The notes under the pieces: model-generated
Databases searched by the model: none
Told to the model about the DNA's origin: nothing
Seen by the model: the letters and a program-made list of their open reading frames with translations, nothing else
Translations under genes and position numbers: made by a program
In this document: positions 1-9,442 of the stretch, in pieces
How the letters are laid out: each line of letters begins with the position of its first letter
How positions within the stretch are numbered: position 1 is the first letter of the stretch
NCBI GenBank assembly: GCA_944393575.1
Contig: CALYAP010000066.1
Coordinates: 14,300 to 78,299 of the forward strand
Origin: an uncultured Clostridia bacterium
GTDB lineage: Bacteria; Bacillota; Dehalobacteriia; UBA4068
Reading direction: 5' to 3'
DNA length: 64,000 bases

Positions 1-1
1 A

Positions 2-367
2 AAAAGAGGCTACCGGATAGCGTTGGCCACTAATCCGATCTTTCCCGCTATTGCTACGGAAAGCCGTATCCGCTGGGCCTGGCTGGAGCCGGAAGAATTT
101 GAACTGTATACTACTTATGAGAATACTTGCTACTGCAAACCCAATCCGGATTATTACCGTGATCTTTTGCAGAGGCTGGATTGCCAGGCAGAAGAATGTT
201 TAATGATTGGCAATGATGTGGAAGAAGATATGATTGCTGAAAGTATTGGCATGAAGGTTTTTCTGTTGACCGATTGCATGATTAATAAAAAAGAGCGTGA
301 TATTAGCGTTTTTCCTCATGGTGGCTTTAAAGATTTATTGCAATATCTGGATAATAATCAGCTATAA
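2..367 (+). CDS. HAD-superfamily hydrolase, C-terminal fragment (5' end lies outside the window)
   Basis: ORF open to the window edge. HAD-like C-terminal motifs (LMIGNDVEEDM...KVFLLTD). Followed by a hairpin terminator. Confidence 0.5.
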   Translation, partial: KRGYRIALATNPIFPAIATESRIRWAWLEPEEFELYTTYENTCYCKPNPDYYRDLLQRLDCQAEECLMIGNDVEEDMIAESIGMKVFLLTDCMINKKERDISVFPHGGFKDLLQYLDNNQL

Positions 368-430
368 TTACAGCTATAATTGTTGTCGTAAATAGCTGCT
401 GTTAAGTAGCTAGATAAATAACACCAATAA

Positions 431-467
431 TAAATGGGAGACTCTTTGCTTTGGAGTCTCCCATTTT
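431..467. terminator. bidirectional rho-independent terminator between convergent HAD and aminopeptidase genes
   Basis: Hairpin aaatgggagactc-tttgcttt-ggagtctcccatttt with a T-run on the plus strand and an A-run on the minus strand. Confidence 0.7.
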
Positions 468-501
468 GCTTTATTCCAGGATACGATTATTAGGACTGTC
501 T

Positions 502-1890
502 TTATGCTTCACGGATAAAGGCGCTATAACCTTTTTTCGCTTCATAGAGATCAGCTTTGCTGATGATCTCCCACGGCGCATGCATATTGAGTACTGCTAC
601 TCCACAGTCAACTACATCCATGCCATAGAGCGCCAAGATATAGGCGATAGTACCGCCGCCACCAATATCAACCTTGCCTAACTCTGCTGTTTGGAACCCG
701 ATATTATTGTTATCCATGATGCTGCGGATATTGGCGAAGTATTCAGCATTGGCATCATTAGAACCGCTTTTGCCCCGAGCGCCAGTGTATTTATTGAAAA
801 CAATACCTTTGCCCAGATAGGCGGCATTCTTTTTCTCATAGACGCTAGCATAGAGGGGGTCATAACCAGCGCTGACATCAGAACTGAGCATCTTGGAAGA
901 ACCAAGGCAACGACGCAATGCCAGCTCGCTGTATTGGCCGGCTGCATTCATAAGCTCTGCAACAGCATTCTCAAAAAAGCGCGACTGAGTGCCCGTTGCG
1001 CCGACACTGCCGATCTCCTCTTTATCCATCAGCAGGCAGCAAATAGTTTTATCTCTAGTTTCACTTTCCAGCATAGCCAGCAGCGATGCATAAGCGCAGA
1101 CCCGATCATCATGACCATAGGCCATAATCATGCTCCGGTCGATTCCGCATTCCCTGGCATGACCGGCCGGCACTATCTCCAGTTCTGCAGAAAGAAAATC
1201 TTCTTCATCAATGCCATATTGGTCGGCTAATATCTGTAGGATATTGGCTTTTACGGCGTCCTTTTCCGTATCAGCCAGAGGCATGCTGCCGATCAGCAGG
1301 TCCAAATCTTCGCCGGCAATCAGCTTGGAACCTTTCTTTTCCTGTTGTTCTGCTGCCAGATGGATCAGCAGGTCAGTGATGCAGAAAATAGGGTCGTCGT
1401 CATGATCGCCAATATTGATTTCAACCACGCTGCCGTCTTTTTTAGCTACTACGCCATGAATAGCCAGTGGGATGGTGACCCATTGATATTTTTTGACCCC
1501 ACCATAATAATGGGTGTCTAAATAGACCAGTTCGGTATCTTCATAGAGCGGATTTTGTTTGATGTCCAAGCGCGGTGAGTCGATATGCGCACCGAGAATA
1601 GCCATGCCTTGCTCTAAAGGAGCAGTACCCAGATGGAAAAGGGCGATAGCTTTTTTCATGCACACTGCATATACCTTAGCTCCTGGTTGTAATTGCTTGC
1701 CGGATTTCACCAGCTGCTCTAGATCCTGATAGCCAGCGGCTTCAGCCATAGCGATGATCTGACTAACGCATTCACGCTCAGTTTTGCCATGATCGAGAAA
1801 ATCCCGATAGCCGTCGCTCACCTGTTGCAATTGTTGTTGATCTTCTGGAGTATAGCTATTCCAGACTGTTTTTCTTTCCATATTTGTCAC
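502..1890 (-). CDS. M18-family aminopeptidase (aspartyl aminopeptidase-like)
   Basis: 462 aa. M18 motifs HIDSPRLD, GHDDRVCAY, metal-binding D/E/H pattern. Confidence 0.85.
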   Translation of the reverse strand: MTNMERKTVWNSYTPEDQQQLQQVSDGYRDFLDHGKTERECVSQIIAMAEAAGYQDLEQLVKSGKQLQPGAKVYAVCMKKAIALFHLGTAPLEQGMAILGAHIDSPRLDIKQNPLYEDTELVYLDTHYYGGVKKYQWVTIPLAIHGVVAKKDGSVVEINIGDHDDDPIFCITDLLIHLAAEQQEKKGSKLIAGEDLDLLIGSMPLADTEKDAVKANILQILADQYGIDEEDFLSAELEIVPAGHARECGIDRSMIMAYGHDDRVCAYASLLAMLESETRDKTICCLLMDKEEIGSVGATGTQSRFFENAVAELMNAAGQYSELALRRCLGSSKMLSSDVSAGYDPLYASVYEKKNAAYLGKGIVFNKYTGARGKSGSNDANAEYFANIRSIMDNNNIGFQTAELGKVDIGGGGTIAYILALYGMDVVDCGVAVLNMHAPWEIISKADLYEAKKGYSAFIREA

Positions 1891-1914
1891 TCCTTGGTCG
1901 CTTATGGTTTGCCA

Positions 1915-3753
1915 TTACCCTACGGTAACGCTTTTAGCCAGATTTCGCGGCTGGTCGACATCAGTTTCTTTGACCACCGCTGCATAATAGGCCAGCATTT
2001 GTAAAGGAAGATTAGCCAGTATTGGCGCTAGTAATTCATTAGTTTGCGGAATATAGAGAGTGTCTTTGCACACTGCCTCGACTTCTTGGTTGCCCCTGGT
2101 AGTAACGCCGATAACAGCAGCCTTGCGAGCTTGAAGCTCTTTGATATTGCTGATCATTTTGGAAATTAGCTCACTTTGGGTGCATAGCGCAATCACTGGC
2201 ACATCTGGGGTAATGAGGGCGATGGTGCCATGCTTGAGCTCTCCAGCAGCATAAGCCTCGGCATGAATATAGGAGATCTCCTTGAGTTTTAGGGCTCCTT
2301 CCATAGCTACTGCTGAGTCGATACCGCGGCCAACGAAAAAGGCATCGTTCCAGGGAGCAAAGCCCAGTGAGATTTGGAAGATTTTACTTTCCAATTCGCT
2401 GATGGTCTCTTCTGCTAATTGCGGCATTTGGGCCAATGCTGCGATCAGCTCTTTGAGCTCTGCATCGCTGATCTTGCCCATCAACTTGCCCAGATAAAAA
2501 GTGAGCATATAGAGCACAGCCAGCTGGGTGGTATAAGCCTTGGTAGAGGCTACCGCTATTTCCGGCCCGGCGTAAGTGTAGAGAACAGCGTCAGCCTCCC
2601 GCGCAATAGTGCTATCCAAAACATTACAAATTGCTAAGGTGAAAGCCCCCATTTGCTGGCATTTGCGCATTGCCAATATGGTATCGTACGTCTCACCGGA
2701 TTGGGAGATGATAATTGCTAGCGTTCTAGGGGTGATGATAGCATCACGGTTCTGAAACTCAGAGGCGACTTCGGTCTGTGTTGGCAGGTGCAATAGCTTT
2801 TCTATGGCATGGCGTCCTACCAAACCGGCATGATAAGCTGTGCCGCAGGCAACCAGAAAAATGTTATCGATTTTAGCTAGCCGGTCTTTAATTGTTGCGT
2901 CAAATTCTTTAAAGATGATTTCTTGTCCGTCATCACTGATGCGGCCATTAAGGGTTTGGGTCAAGGCCCATGGTTGCTCATGGATCTCTTTGAGCATGAA
3001 ATGTTCATAGCCGCCTTTTTGCGCAGACGCCTTGTCCCAGTCGATGACGCTGATCTTCCGCTCCACCTTTTGGCCCTTATTATATACTGTCACTCCTTGC
3101 GGCGTAATATCCGCAATATCACCGTTTTCTAAGATCAGCATTTGATGGGTATATTCTACCAGGGCGGCCATATCGCTAGCTAGGAAATATTCACCATCGC
3201 CGATGCCGATGATCAGCGGATTATCCAGACGGGCACAGATGAGGCGGTTGGGATCTTTAGCAGAAAGCACTGCCATGGCATAGTAACCATCAACATCTTC
3301 TGTAGCATGATAAACGGCATTAAGAAGATCCCCGCCCTGATCATAGTACTCTTCGATCAGATGTGGCAGCACTTCGGTATCTGTTTGGGAAGTGAAAACA
3401 TGGCCTTTAGCTGTTAAGTCGCTGCGCAGCTCGAGATAGTTCTCAATAACGCCGTTGTGTACGACAGCCAGTTCTTTTTTGCAGTCTAAATGCGGGTGGG
3501 CATTGGTATCATCAGGGCGACCATGTGTAGCCCAGCGTGTATGTCCAATGCCCAGAGTAGCATTGCTTTTTTTATCACCGATCTTTTTTTCTAAATCAGC
3601 AATTTTACCTTTAGAGCGAATGAGGTCTATTTTGCCATCCTCCCAAGTGGCTATTCCTGCAGAGTCATAGCCCCGGTATTCCTGATCTCTCAGCCCTTCT
3701 AAAAGAATGGGCAGCGCTATTCTGTAGCCGATATAGCCGATAATTCCACACAT
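1915..3753 (-). CDS. glmS: glutamine--fructose-6-phosphate aminotransferase (isomerising)
   Basis: Starts MCGIIGY at the internal ATG 3751-3753, with GGAGGA 8 nt upstream. Two SIS domains and a GATase-2 N-terminus. 612 aa. Confidence 0.95.
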   Translation of the reverse strand: MCGIIGYIGYRIALPILLEGLRDQEYRGYDSAGIATWEDGKIDLIRSKGKIADLEKKIGDKKSNATLGIGHTRWATHGRPDDTNAHPHLDCKKELAVVHNGVIENYLELRSDLTAKGHVFTSQTDTEVLPHLIEEYYDQGGDLLNAVYHATEDVDGYYAMAVLSAKDPNRLICARLDNPLIIGIGDGEYFLASDMAALVEYTHQMLILENGDIADITPQGVTVYNKGQKVERKISVIDWDKASAQKGGYEHFMLKEIHEQPWALTQTLNGRISDDGQEIIFKEFDATIKDRLAKIDNIFLVACGTAYHAGLVGRHAIEKLLHLPTQTEVASEFQNRDAIITPRTLAIIISQSGETYDTILAMRKCQQMGAFTLAICNVLDSTIAREADAVLYTYAGPEIAVASTKAYTTQLAVLYMLTFYLGKLMGKISDAELKELIAALAQMPQLAEETISELESKIFQISLGFAPWNDAFFVGRGIDSAVAMEGALKLKEISYIHAEAYAAGELKHGTIALITPDVPVIALCTQSELISKMISNIKELQARKAAVIGVTTRGNQEVEAVCKDTLYIPQTNELLAPILANLPLQMLAYYAAVVKETDVDQPRNLAKSVTVG

Positions 3754-3892
3754 CTTATTGTATCCTCCATCAATTAAGCTTTTACTTAACTTAAGTTTAT
3801 GCAATACCTGTAATAATTCGACCTCTTTTAAGGCTTATCCTTTCAAAATATTGTATTGAGAATGGTTATATATTATAATGTCTGCGAGGTGA

Positions 3893-4459
3893 TTGCCAAA
3901 TATGGTGATAAAAGAAGAGCAGTTTAGCAAATTAGCTCCTCAAGCACGTAATTGTATGCGTTTAGCCACTGCCATAGCAGTTGCTTTTATGGTAGCGGTG
4001 GCAGTGATTGTTTGGCTTATCTTAGTGGCAGAGGATATCCAAATGCCGCTATTGGTTCACTTGGCTTTTGCTGCCTGGTGTATAGCTTGGATCGTGTATT
4101 GGTTCTTTTCGCCAGCGATCCGCTACCGGCGTTATCGTTATTTGATCGATGAGGAAAAAATCGTAGTCCGGGAAGGCATGTGGTTCATCACTCAGGATTT
4201 TGCACCTATCGAAAGGATACACCAAATCGCAGTCAAAAGCGGCCCTATTGACCGCGTTTATGGGCTGGCAAAAGTTGTCGCCACTACTGCTGGTGGAACA
4301 GTGACTATCCGTTTTCTGGAGCAGGAAGTGGCTGAGGAAATAGCCCATAGTCTCCAGCGTACGGTACGCTATATTCTCAAGCAGCAAGGGATTAGCGTCG
4401 AAAATATCCCTCTGGAGGACGAAGCTGCTACAGTGGATAAGGAGGCCGACAATGACTGA
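3893..4459 (+). CDS. bacterial PH-domain (bPH_2/DUF304) membrane protein, YdbS-like
   Basis: Two N-terminal TM helices then a bPH_2 fold. Overlaps the next gene by 8 nt, matching the B. subtilis ydbS-ydbT arrangement. Confidence 0.7.
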   Translation: MPNMVIKEEQFSKLAPQARNCMRLATAIAVAFMVAVAVIVWLILVAEDIQMPLLVHLAFAAWCIAWIVYWFFSPAIRYRRYRYLIDEEKIVVREGMWFITQDFAPIERIHQIAVKSGPIDRVYGLAKVVATTAGGTVTIRFLEQEVAEEIAHSLQRTVRYILKQQGISVENIPLEDEAATVDKEADND

Positions 4460-5966
4460 ACGCCGTTGTCATTATGCCACTTTTATCATTAATACGCTAA
4501 AAGCAGTTTGGGCAGTGCTGGCGGCTATTGTTGCCATTGTTATCCAAAGCGGCACTAGCGAAGAGGTGATCTCTGAGATCGGCGGCTACCGCTTTTGGAT
4601 CTTCATCGTACTGGTTGCTTTTGTTATCTTCGCTTTAGTAATCAATTTTATTCGCTGGCGGCGAACCTTTATCTATTTAGATGAAGAGAACTTGGTCGTT
4701 GATAAAAGAACGGTCAATAATAGCCATACTGTGGTTAAGCTTTCCACTATTGCTGCTGTCAATATCCGTCAAGGGGTTTTAGAAAAACTTTTTGGCGTCT
4801 ACCGCCTGCAGTTAGATATTAATTCAGCAGCAACTGCTGATAAACGGGATTTCGATTTACTGTTTGCCAAGGCTGAGGCAATGGATATTCGCCGCCAATT
4901 GTTGGCAGGCTCAGGCCAGATAGGGATTGTGGCTGCTTCTGCTGCAGATGCTGCTTCTTCTGTTGATATGCCCCTTTCTGATAACGCTGCCTCAACTGTA
5001 GCCCACTGGGAGGAAGGGGAGCTGATCTGTGAGTTTAGCTTTCGTGAGGTAGTGCGGCACTGCCTGCTTTCTCTTTCGCTCATCAGTATTGTCGGCGCTG
5101 TTATTGGCTTTGTCTTGTGGTTTATTTCTTCAGGAATCAGCGAGGGAAAAAGCATTTCCTGGCTGCCGATAGCCTTAGTTTTCTTCCCGGCAGTTTACCA
5201 GTTTATCCGGCCTTTTTTCCTCTACCATCATTTTCGTGTCCGTAAACAGGGCGATCACTTGTATGTTTCTTATGGATTGATTTCTACTCAGCATTTTTCG
5301 CTGCCTTTAGATAAAACCAATGGTATCATCATTCGCCGTCCGATGTTAGCCCGGCTGTTTAATTTGTGTTATGGCGAGATCATCAATGTAGGAATGGGAG
5401 ACAGTGAGGAAAATCAGGCGCCTATTTTTTGTTTACTGACTAGCCCGCAGAAAATGTATGAGATCATCACTGCCATTGCTCCAGCCTATGCAGAGGCGGC
5501 GCAAACTGGTAGCGCCTCCCCCTTGATGCGTTCACCAAAAACCGCATTGGCTCCGGTTATGACCAGATGGGTAATTCTGGGCTTAATAGCATTGGTAGCA
5601 GCTGTTATTTTAGGCCAATGGTGGATAGGTATTATTATCCTGGCCCTTTTTATCCTAGGCTCTTTCGGACAATGGAGAACTAGTGAATTGGCTCTTTTGG
5701 AACAAAAAATCAGTATCAGCAGTGGCATTTTTAGTAAGCGCAATATTACTATTGACTATGCCCGACTGCAGTCAATGTCGCGGTTCATAAACCCGATCAG
5801 TAGGCATTATGGACTGGTTAAGGGGAGAGTATCGATACTGGCTTCTTCAGTTAACCGCTTTAACACGATTGGTTATTTCCCCTCAGCTTATTTCGATCGG
5901 ATCGAAGAAAAGATTTTGCGTTCTGCGGCCCAAAAAAATATTATTGACAGAAAACCTGAACCTTAA
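4452..5966 (+). CDS. YdbT-like membrane protein with three bPH_2 domains
   Basis: 504 aa. Alternating TM pairs and PH-like modules. Translationally coupled to the YdbS-like gene. Confidence 0.7.
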   Translation: MTERRCHYATFIINTLKAVWAVLAAIVAIVIQSGTSEEVISEIGGYRFWIFIVLVAFVIFALVINFIRWRRTFIYLDEENLVVDKRTVNNSHTVVKLSTIAAVNIRQGVLEKLFGVYRLQLDINSAATADKRDFDLLFAKAEAMDIRRQLLAGSGQIGIVAASAADAASSVDMPLSDNAASTVAHWEEGELICEFSFREVVRHCLLSLSLISIVGAVIGFVLWFISSGISEGKSISWLPIALVFFPAVYQFIRPFFLYHHFRVRKQGDHLYVSYGLISTQHFSLPLDKTNGIIIRRPMLARLFNLCYGEIINVGMGDSEENQAPIFCLLTSPQKMYEIITAIAPAYAEAAQTGSASPLMRSPKTALAPVMTRWVILGLIALVAAVILGQWWIGIIILALFILGSFGQWRTSELALLEQKISISSGIFSKRNITIDYARLQSMSRFINPISRHYGLVKGRVSILASSVNRFNTIGYFPSAYFDRIEEKILRSAAQKNIIDRKPEP

Positions 5967-5996
5967 GTAAGTAATTCTTGTAGACAGAATCATATA

Positions 5997-6044
5997 TAAA
6001 AATACCGGCAAGCTGGTTCGAACTAACCTGCCGGTATTTTTATT
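5997..6044. terminator. bidirectional terminator between the ydbT-like and DUF4363 genes
   Basis: aaaaa-taccggca-N18-tgccggta-tttttatt. Confidence 0.7.
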
Positions 6045-6126
6045 GTATCTATCAAGTGTATCTATCAAGAAATATTTTTCTCTATCTGGTAGCTGTTTTT
6101 CTTTTCGCTTAAGGCGCTATCTTTTT

Positions 6127-6510
6127 TTAAAGAATATTTTCCAAATAGAGTTTTTCATTTTCCTTAACATGACGCAAATAGAACAAGAGGTCTTGTAATT
6201 CTTTCTGCGCTTTGGCACTATCTTCTTGCTCTAAGATAATTTCCATATCTACTAGGCTGATTTCCACATCACGCATATCCTGGTGGTCGCTGATGGCTTT
6301 CCATATTTTTTGTGATTTTTCCCACTCTTCTTTAGCAGTCTGAAAATGTTCTTTGGCCTTTTCCCAGTCGCCATCGTTGATGGCAGCTTCCATCGGCTCT
6401 ATTGCCGCCAGTATTTGATCTGTGTGGTGAATGATGAACCATTGGGCAAAGACACATATGATAATTATAAAAATTAAGATCAAGATAATAATACAAATAT
6501 CCTTAGCCAT
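6127..6510 (-). CDS. DUF4363-family small membrane protein
   Basis: N-terminal TM helix plus a charged helical domain. ATG at 6508-6510 with GGGGG 6 nt upstream. The ORF-track start at 6546 is a TTG codon (printed as M) overlapping the upstream gene. Confidence 0.6.
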   Translation of the reverse strand: MAKDICIIILILIFIIIICVFAQWFIIHHTDQILAAIEPMEAAINDGDWEKAKEHFQTAKEEWEKSQKIWKAISDHQDMRDVEISLVDMEIILEQEDSAKAQKELQDLLFYLRHVKENEKLYLENIL

Positions 6511-6512
6511 AA

Positions 6513-7199
6513 TTAGCCCCCGATCCTGGTTGTTTTCTTTTGCCAAAAAAATTGCCCATTTTCGTCTAAGCCAGCGGCAAATACTTCTTGCGGATGATTA
6601 ATGCCCTGTGGCGCTAGCTGCTGCATCAGCCAATTTTCATTATAGCCGTATGCCTTTAAGCCTGCCTGGTTCACATGTCCATCGAGAATCAAGAGTACGC
6701 CCATCTGTTCCTTGGGGGGATCATCATCAATATCGCCTACCTGCAAGGGACGTTTACTGGTTTTGGGCATGATAGATAATTGACCATTGGTTTCCATAAG
6801 GGCATTTTCGATCCCCGAGAGATCAAAATAGCCCTGGGCACGGGACATTTCTTCGATATCATTAAGATTCAGATGAAGTTTGGCCATTGATTTTTCTTGG
6901 AGCACGCCTTTGCGGATGAGGAAGACTGGCCGGCCACAGACTAGGGCGCGGATTTTTTCACTTTTAAGATTAAGAATGGAGATTAATATTTGTAAAACCG
7001 TGATCGTGGCGATAGGAATCAGGCTGCTGAAAAGGGTAGCGCTAGGACTTTGCATAGCCATTGACGCCATCTCTGAGATCACCAGGATAACTACTAATTC
7101 AAAAGGCTGTAATTGCCCCAGCTGGCGTTTGCCCATAAGCTTCATCGCTATCAAGAGGATAAAATAGAGCACTACAGACCTGATAAGCAAAATAGCCAT
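6513..7199 (-). CDS. DUF421 (YetF/YdfS-family) membrane protein
   Basis: 228 aa. Three N-terminal TM helices followed by the conserved YetF C-domain. The DUF421+DUF4363 gene pair is typical of sporeformers. Confidence 0.75.
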   Translation of the reverse strand: MAILLIRSVVLYFILLIAMKLMGKRQLGQLQPFELVVILVISEMASMAMQSPSATLFSSLIPIATITVLQILISILNLKSEKIRALVCGRPVFLIRKGVLQEKSMAKLHLNLNDIEEMSRAQGYFDLSGIENALMETNGQLSIMPKTSKRPLQVGDIDDDPPKEQMGVLLILDGHVNQAGLKAYGYNENWLMQQLAPQGINHPQEVFAAGLDENGQFFWQKKTTRIGG

Positions 7200-7260
7200 A
7201 ATACCTCCAAGGAAGTTTAAACAGTTAAAAAGTAGTTTTGACGGTTTACATGGATATTAT

Positions 7261-7290
7261 GAATTAATCCGTGTTTTTTGATGCATACTG
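7261..7290 (+). promoter_or_regulatory. candidate forespore (sigmaG/F-type) promoter for the spoVA operon
   Basis: TGAATTA - 17 nt - CATACTG resembles GHATR-N17/18-CATnnTA. By-eye match only. Confidence 0.25.
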
Positions 7291-7380
7291 TGCTTGATAA
7301 GCAACAGCAGAAAACAATTGTTGCTAAAAATTGGCTTGACCAGATATATTGACGTGATTTTTATTGAAGGAGGATTAATT

Positions 7381-7836
7381 ATGGCCCCCAAACCAAAGCC
7401 AGATCCTTGGTATCAGGCGATTGTTGATCGCCATACCCCTAAAAAGCGGGTACTGCGCAATTGCATCACTGCTTTCCTAGGTGGGGGATTGTTATGTGCT
7501 TTAGCCCAGACAGCACTTTTTTGTCTGGTGGAGTTTGCTGATATCCCACAAGAGGATGCCTCGCCCATCGTCTTGATCTGCGTCATCTTTTTAACAGCGC
7601 TATTCACTGGTATTGGCATTTACGATAAGCTAGGCCAAAAATTAGGCGCAGGATTAGCAGTACCTATCAGTGGGTTTGCCAATTCTGTCGCTGCCTCGAT
7701 GCTGGAGCATAAGAGTGAAGGCCTGGTTTTAGGCAGTGGTTGTAATAGCTTTAAACTGGCAGGTGCAGTGGTGATTTTCGGCATTTTTTCGGCCTTTGTC
7801 GTTGTCTTTATCGGTTGGGCGCTTCAACTTATTTAA
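7381..7836 (+). CDS. spoVAC: stage V sporulation protein AC
   Basis: Start MAPKPKP with GAAGGAGG 7 nt upstream. Four TM helices. SpoVAC signature KNCITAFLGGGLLCALAQ. Confidence 0.85.
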   Translation: MAPKPKPDPWYQAIVDRHTPKKRVLRNCITAFLGGGLLCALAQTALFCLVEFADIPQEDASPIVLICVIFLTALFTGIGIYDKLGQKLGAGLAVPISGFANSVAASMLEHKSEGLVLGSGCNSFKLAGAVVIFGIFSAFVVVFIGWALQLI

Positions 7837-7957
7837 GGTTGGCCTGACAAATTTAACGCTGCAAAAGAGCAAAAATTCCATATAGTAAGCAATGACTATA
7901 AGAAGTCAAGCAAGAGGCTATTATCATGAGAAAAATACCAATAGTTGAGGTAATAAT

Positions 7958-8974
7958 ATGCAAATAACACAAAAGGGTAGACAGACCTGGCTTTTTGATG
8001 GTCCGGTGGGTATTATCGGCCAAGCTGCTACTTGTGGTCCCCGCGAAGGTGAAGGTCCTTTGGCCGCTGATTTCGATCATATTTTTCCGGATTTACGTAT
8101 GGGGGAAGTCAGCTTTGAAAAAGCAGAACAACGGATGGAGGAATATGCCGCTCGGCGGGCTATCGCCAAAGCCAGTTTAACGCCAGATGAGATCGATATC
8201 ATGTTCGCTGGAGATCTGATCAATCAGATCACCCCCTCCGGGTTTACTGCCAGAAATCTGGCTATCCCTTATTTTGGACTCTTTAATGCCTGTGCCACGG
8301 CTATGGAAGGTCTGGCTCTGGCTGCTCTTTGTGTGGCTTCTGGCGTTGCTAGAAAAGTCTTAGTGGCAGCCAGCAGCCATACTTGTACCGCTGAACGCCA
8401 GTTTCGTTATCCTAATGAATATGGTAGTCAAAAGCCTCCCTATAGCCAGAGTACTGCTACCGCGGCAGGAGCAGCTGTGGTAGCAGCAATACCGGCGCCG
8501 GTAGAGATCAAGGCTATTACTGTAGGCAGGGTTCGGGATGAACATATCACCGATCCTTTTGCCATGGGAGCTGCAATGGCGCCTGCTTTTGCCGATACGG
8601 TACAGATTCATCTGCAGGAGAGGGGAGTCAGCCCTGATTATTATGATTTGATTCTGAGCGGAGACTTAGGGCATGTCGGCCAGGATATTGCCAGAGAACT
8701 CTTTCAGCTACAGGGCATTACTATTGCGGATGAAAAGCTAGGAGACTGCGGACTGATGCTTTATGGAGCCAGTACCAAAGTCTTTTCTGGCGGCAGCGGC
8801 TGCGGATGTGCTGCCTCGGTAGGATTTGGCCATATATATCGGTTGATCAGCGAAGGAGAAATAAAACGCGTTTTGCTCTGTGCTACCGGCGCTTTGCTCT
8901 CACCAGTATCCAGCGAGCAGAAGGAGAGTATTCCTGCTATCAGCCATGCGGTGGCGTTAGAAAGGGGTGAATAG
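7958..8974 (+). CDS. spoVAD: stage V sporulation protein AD
   Basis: 338 aa. Thiolase-like fold. Conserved SpoVAD N-terminus WLFDGPVGIIG. Confidence 0.9.
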   Translation: MQITQKGRQTWLFDGPVGIIGQAATCGPREGEGPLAADFDHIFPDLRMGEVSFEKAEQRMEEYAARRAIAKASLTPDEIDIMFAGDLINQITPSGFTARNLAIPYFGLFNACATAMEGLALAALCVASGVARKVLVAASSHTCTAERQFRYPNEYGSQKPPYSQSTATAAGAAVVAAIPAPVEIKAITVGRVRDEHITDPFAMGAAMAPAFADTVQIHLQERGVSPDYYDLILSGDLGHVGQDIARELFQLQGITIADEKLGDCGLMLYGASTKVFSGGSGCGCAASVGFGHIYRLISEGEIKRVLLCATGALLSPVSSEQKESIPAISHAVALERGE

Positions 8975-8975
8975 G

Positions 8976-9344
8976 ATGTTGGAGGAGTTCTTAACGCAGT
9001 TTTTTCGTGCTTTTGTGATTGGCGGCGCTATTTGCGTTATTGGCCAACTGCTATTCGATGTAGCTAATCTTACACCTGCCCATACCATGAGTGTTTTGGT
9101 GGTTGCCGGAAGCATCTTAGGTGTTTTAGGTCTCTATCCTTTATTGGTCGATTTTGCTGGTTTTGGAGCCATGCTGCCTATCAGCAGCTTCGGCAATACC
9201 TTGGTGGAAGGCGCTAAGGAGGGTGCTGCCAGCGGCGGTTTCTGGGGCATTTTCACGGGGTTGATTAAACAAGTATCTGCTGGTGTAACAGCTGCGGTAG
9301 TTTTCGGTTTTTTCACCGCTTTGGTATTCAAACCCAAGTCTTAA
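8976..9344 (+). CDS. spoVAEb: stage V sporulation protein AEb
   Basis: About 122 aa membrane protein. ATG at 8976 sits 1 nt after the spoVAD stop, with AAAGGGG upstream. Confidence 0.85.
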   Translation: MLEEFLTQFFRAFVIGGAICVIGQLLFDVANLTPAHTMSVLVVAGSILGVLGLYPLLVDFAGFGAMLPISSFGNTLVEGAKEGAASGGFWGIFTGLIKQVSAGVTAAVVFGFFTALVFKPKS

Positions 9345-9442
9345 AACTATAGGAAAATATGGATAGATAGTGATTATCTGCTGATTATTGGCTGATAATA
9401 TAGAAGTTTGTTCCCGCGTCTGGTATAATTTAGAATGAAGAA

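Noticed and set aside
3754-3804. 17-codon N-terminal extension of glmS (MHKLKLSKSLIDGGYNK) in the ORF track
   Set aside because: GlmS must begin Met-Cys (MCGIIGY) for Ntn processing. The internal ATG has a canonical GGAGGA and the extension has none.
3754-3892. glmS ribozyme upstream of glmS
   Set aside because: Only about 140 nt are available and partly occupied by the divergent ydbS-like promoter. No conserved glmS-ribozyme core (AGCGCCAGAACUGGC / GGGACGAGGAUG-like segments) is visible on the minus strand. The SD lies 8 nt before the ATG with a short leader.
6046-6070. Direct repeat tatctatcaag x2
   Set aside because: Only two short copies inside a terminator-flanking AT-rich spacer. Not a CRISPR or mobile-element feature.
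6511-6546. DUF4363 ORF start at 6546
   Set aside because: The codon at 6544-6546 is TTG. It would overlap the upstream gene by 34 nt. The ATG at 6508-6510 has a GGGGG SD.
7294-7380. Longer spoVAC ORF starting at 7294 (MISNSRKQ...)
   Set aside because: No SD. The ORF overlaps the promoter region. The conserved SpoVAC N-terminus and a strong GAAGGAGG support the start at 7381.
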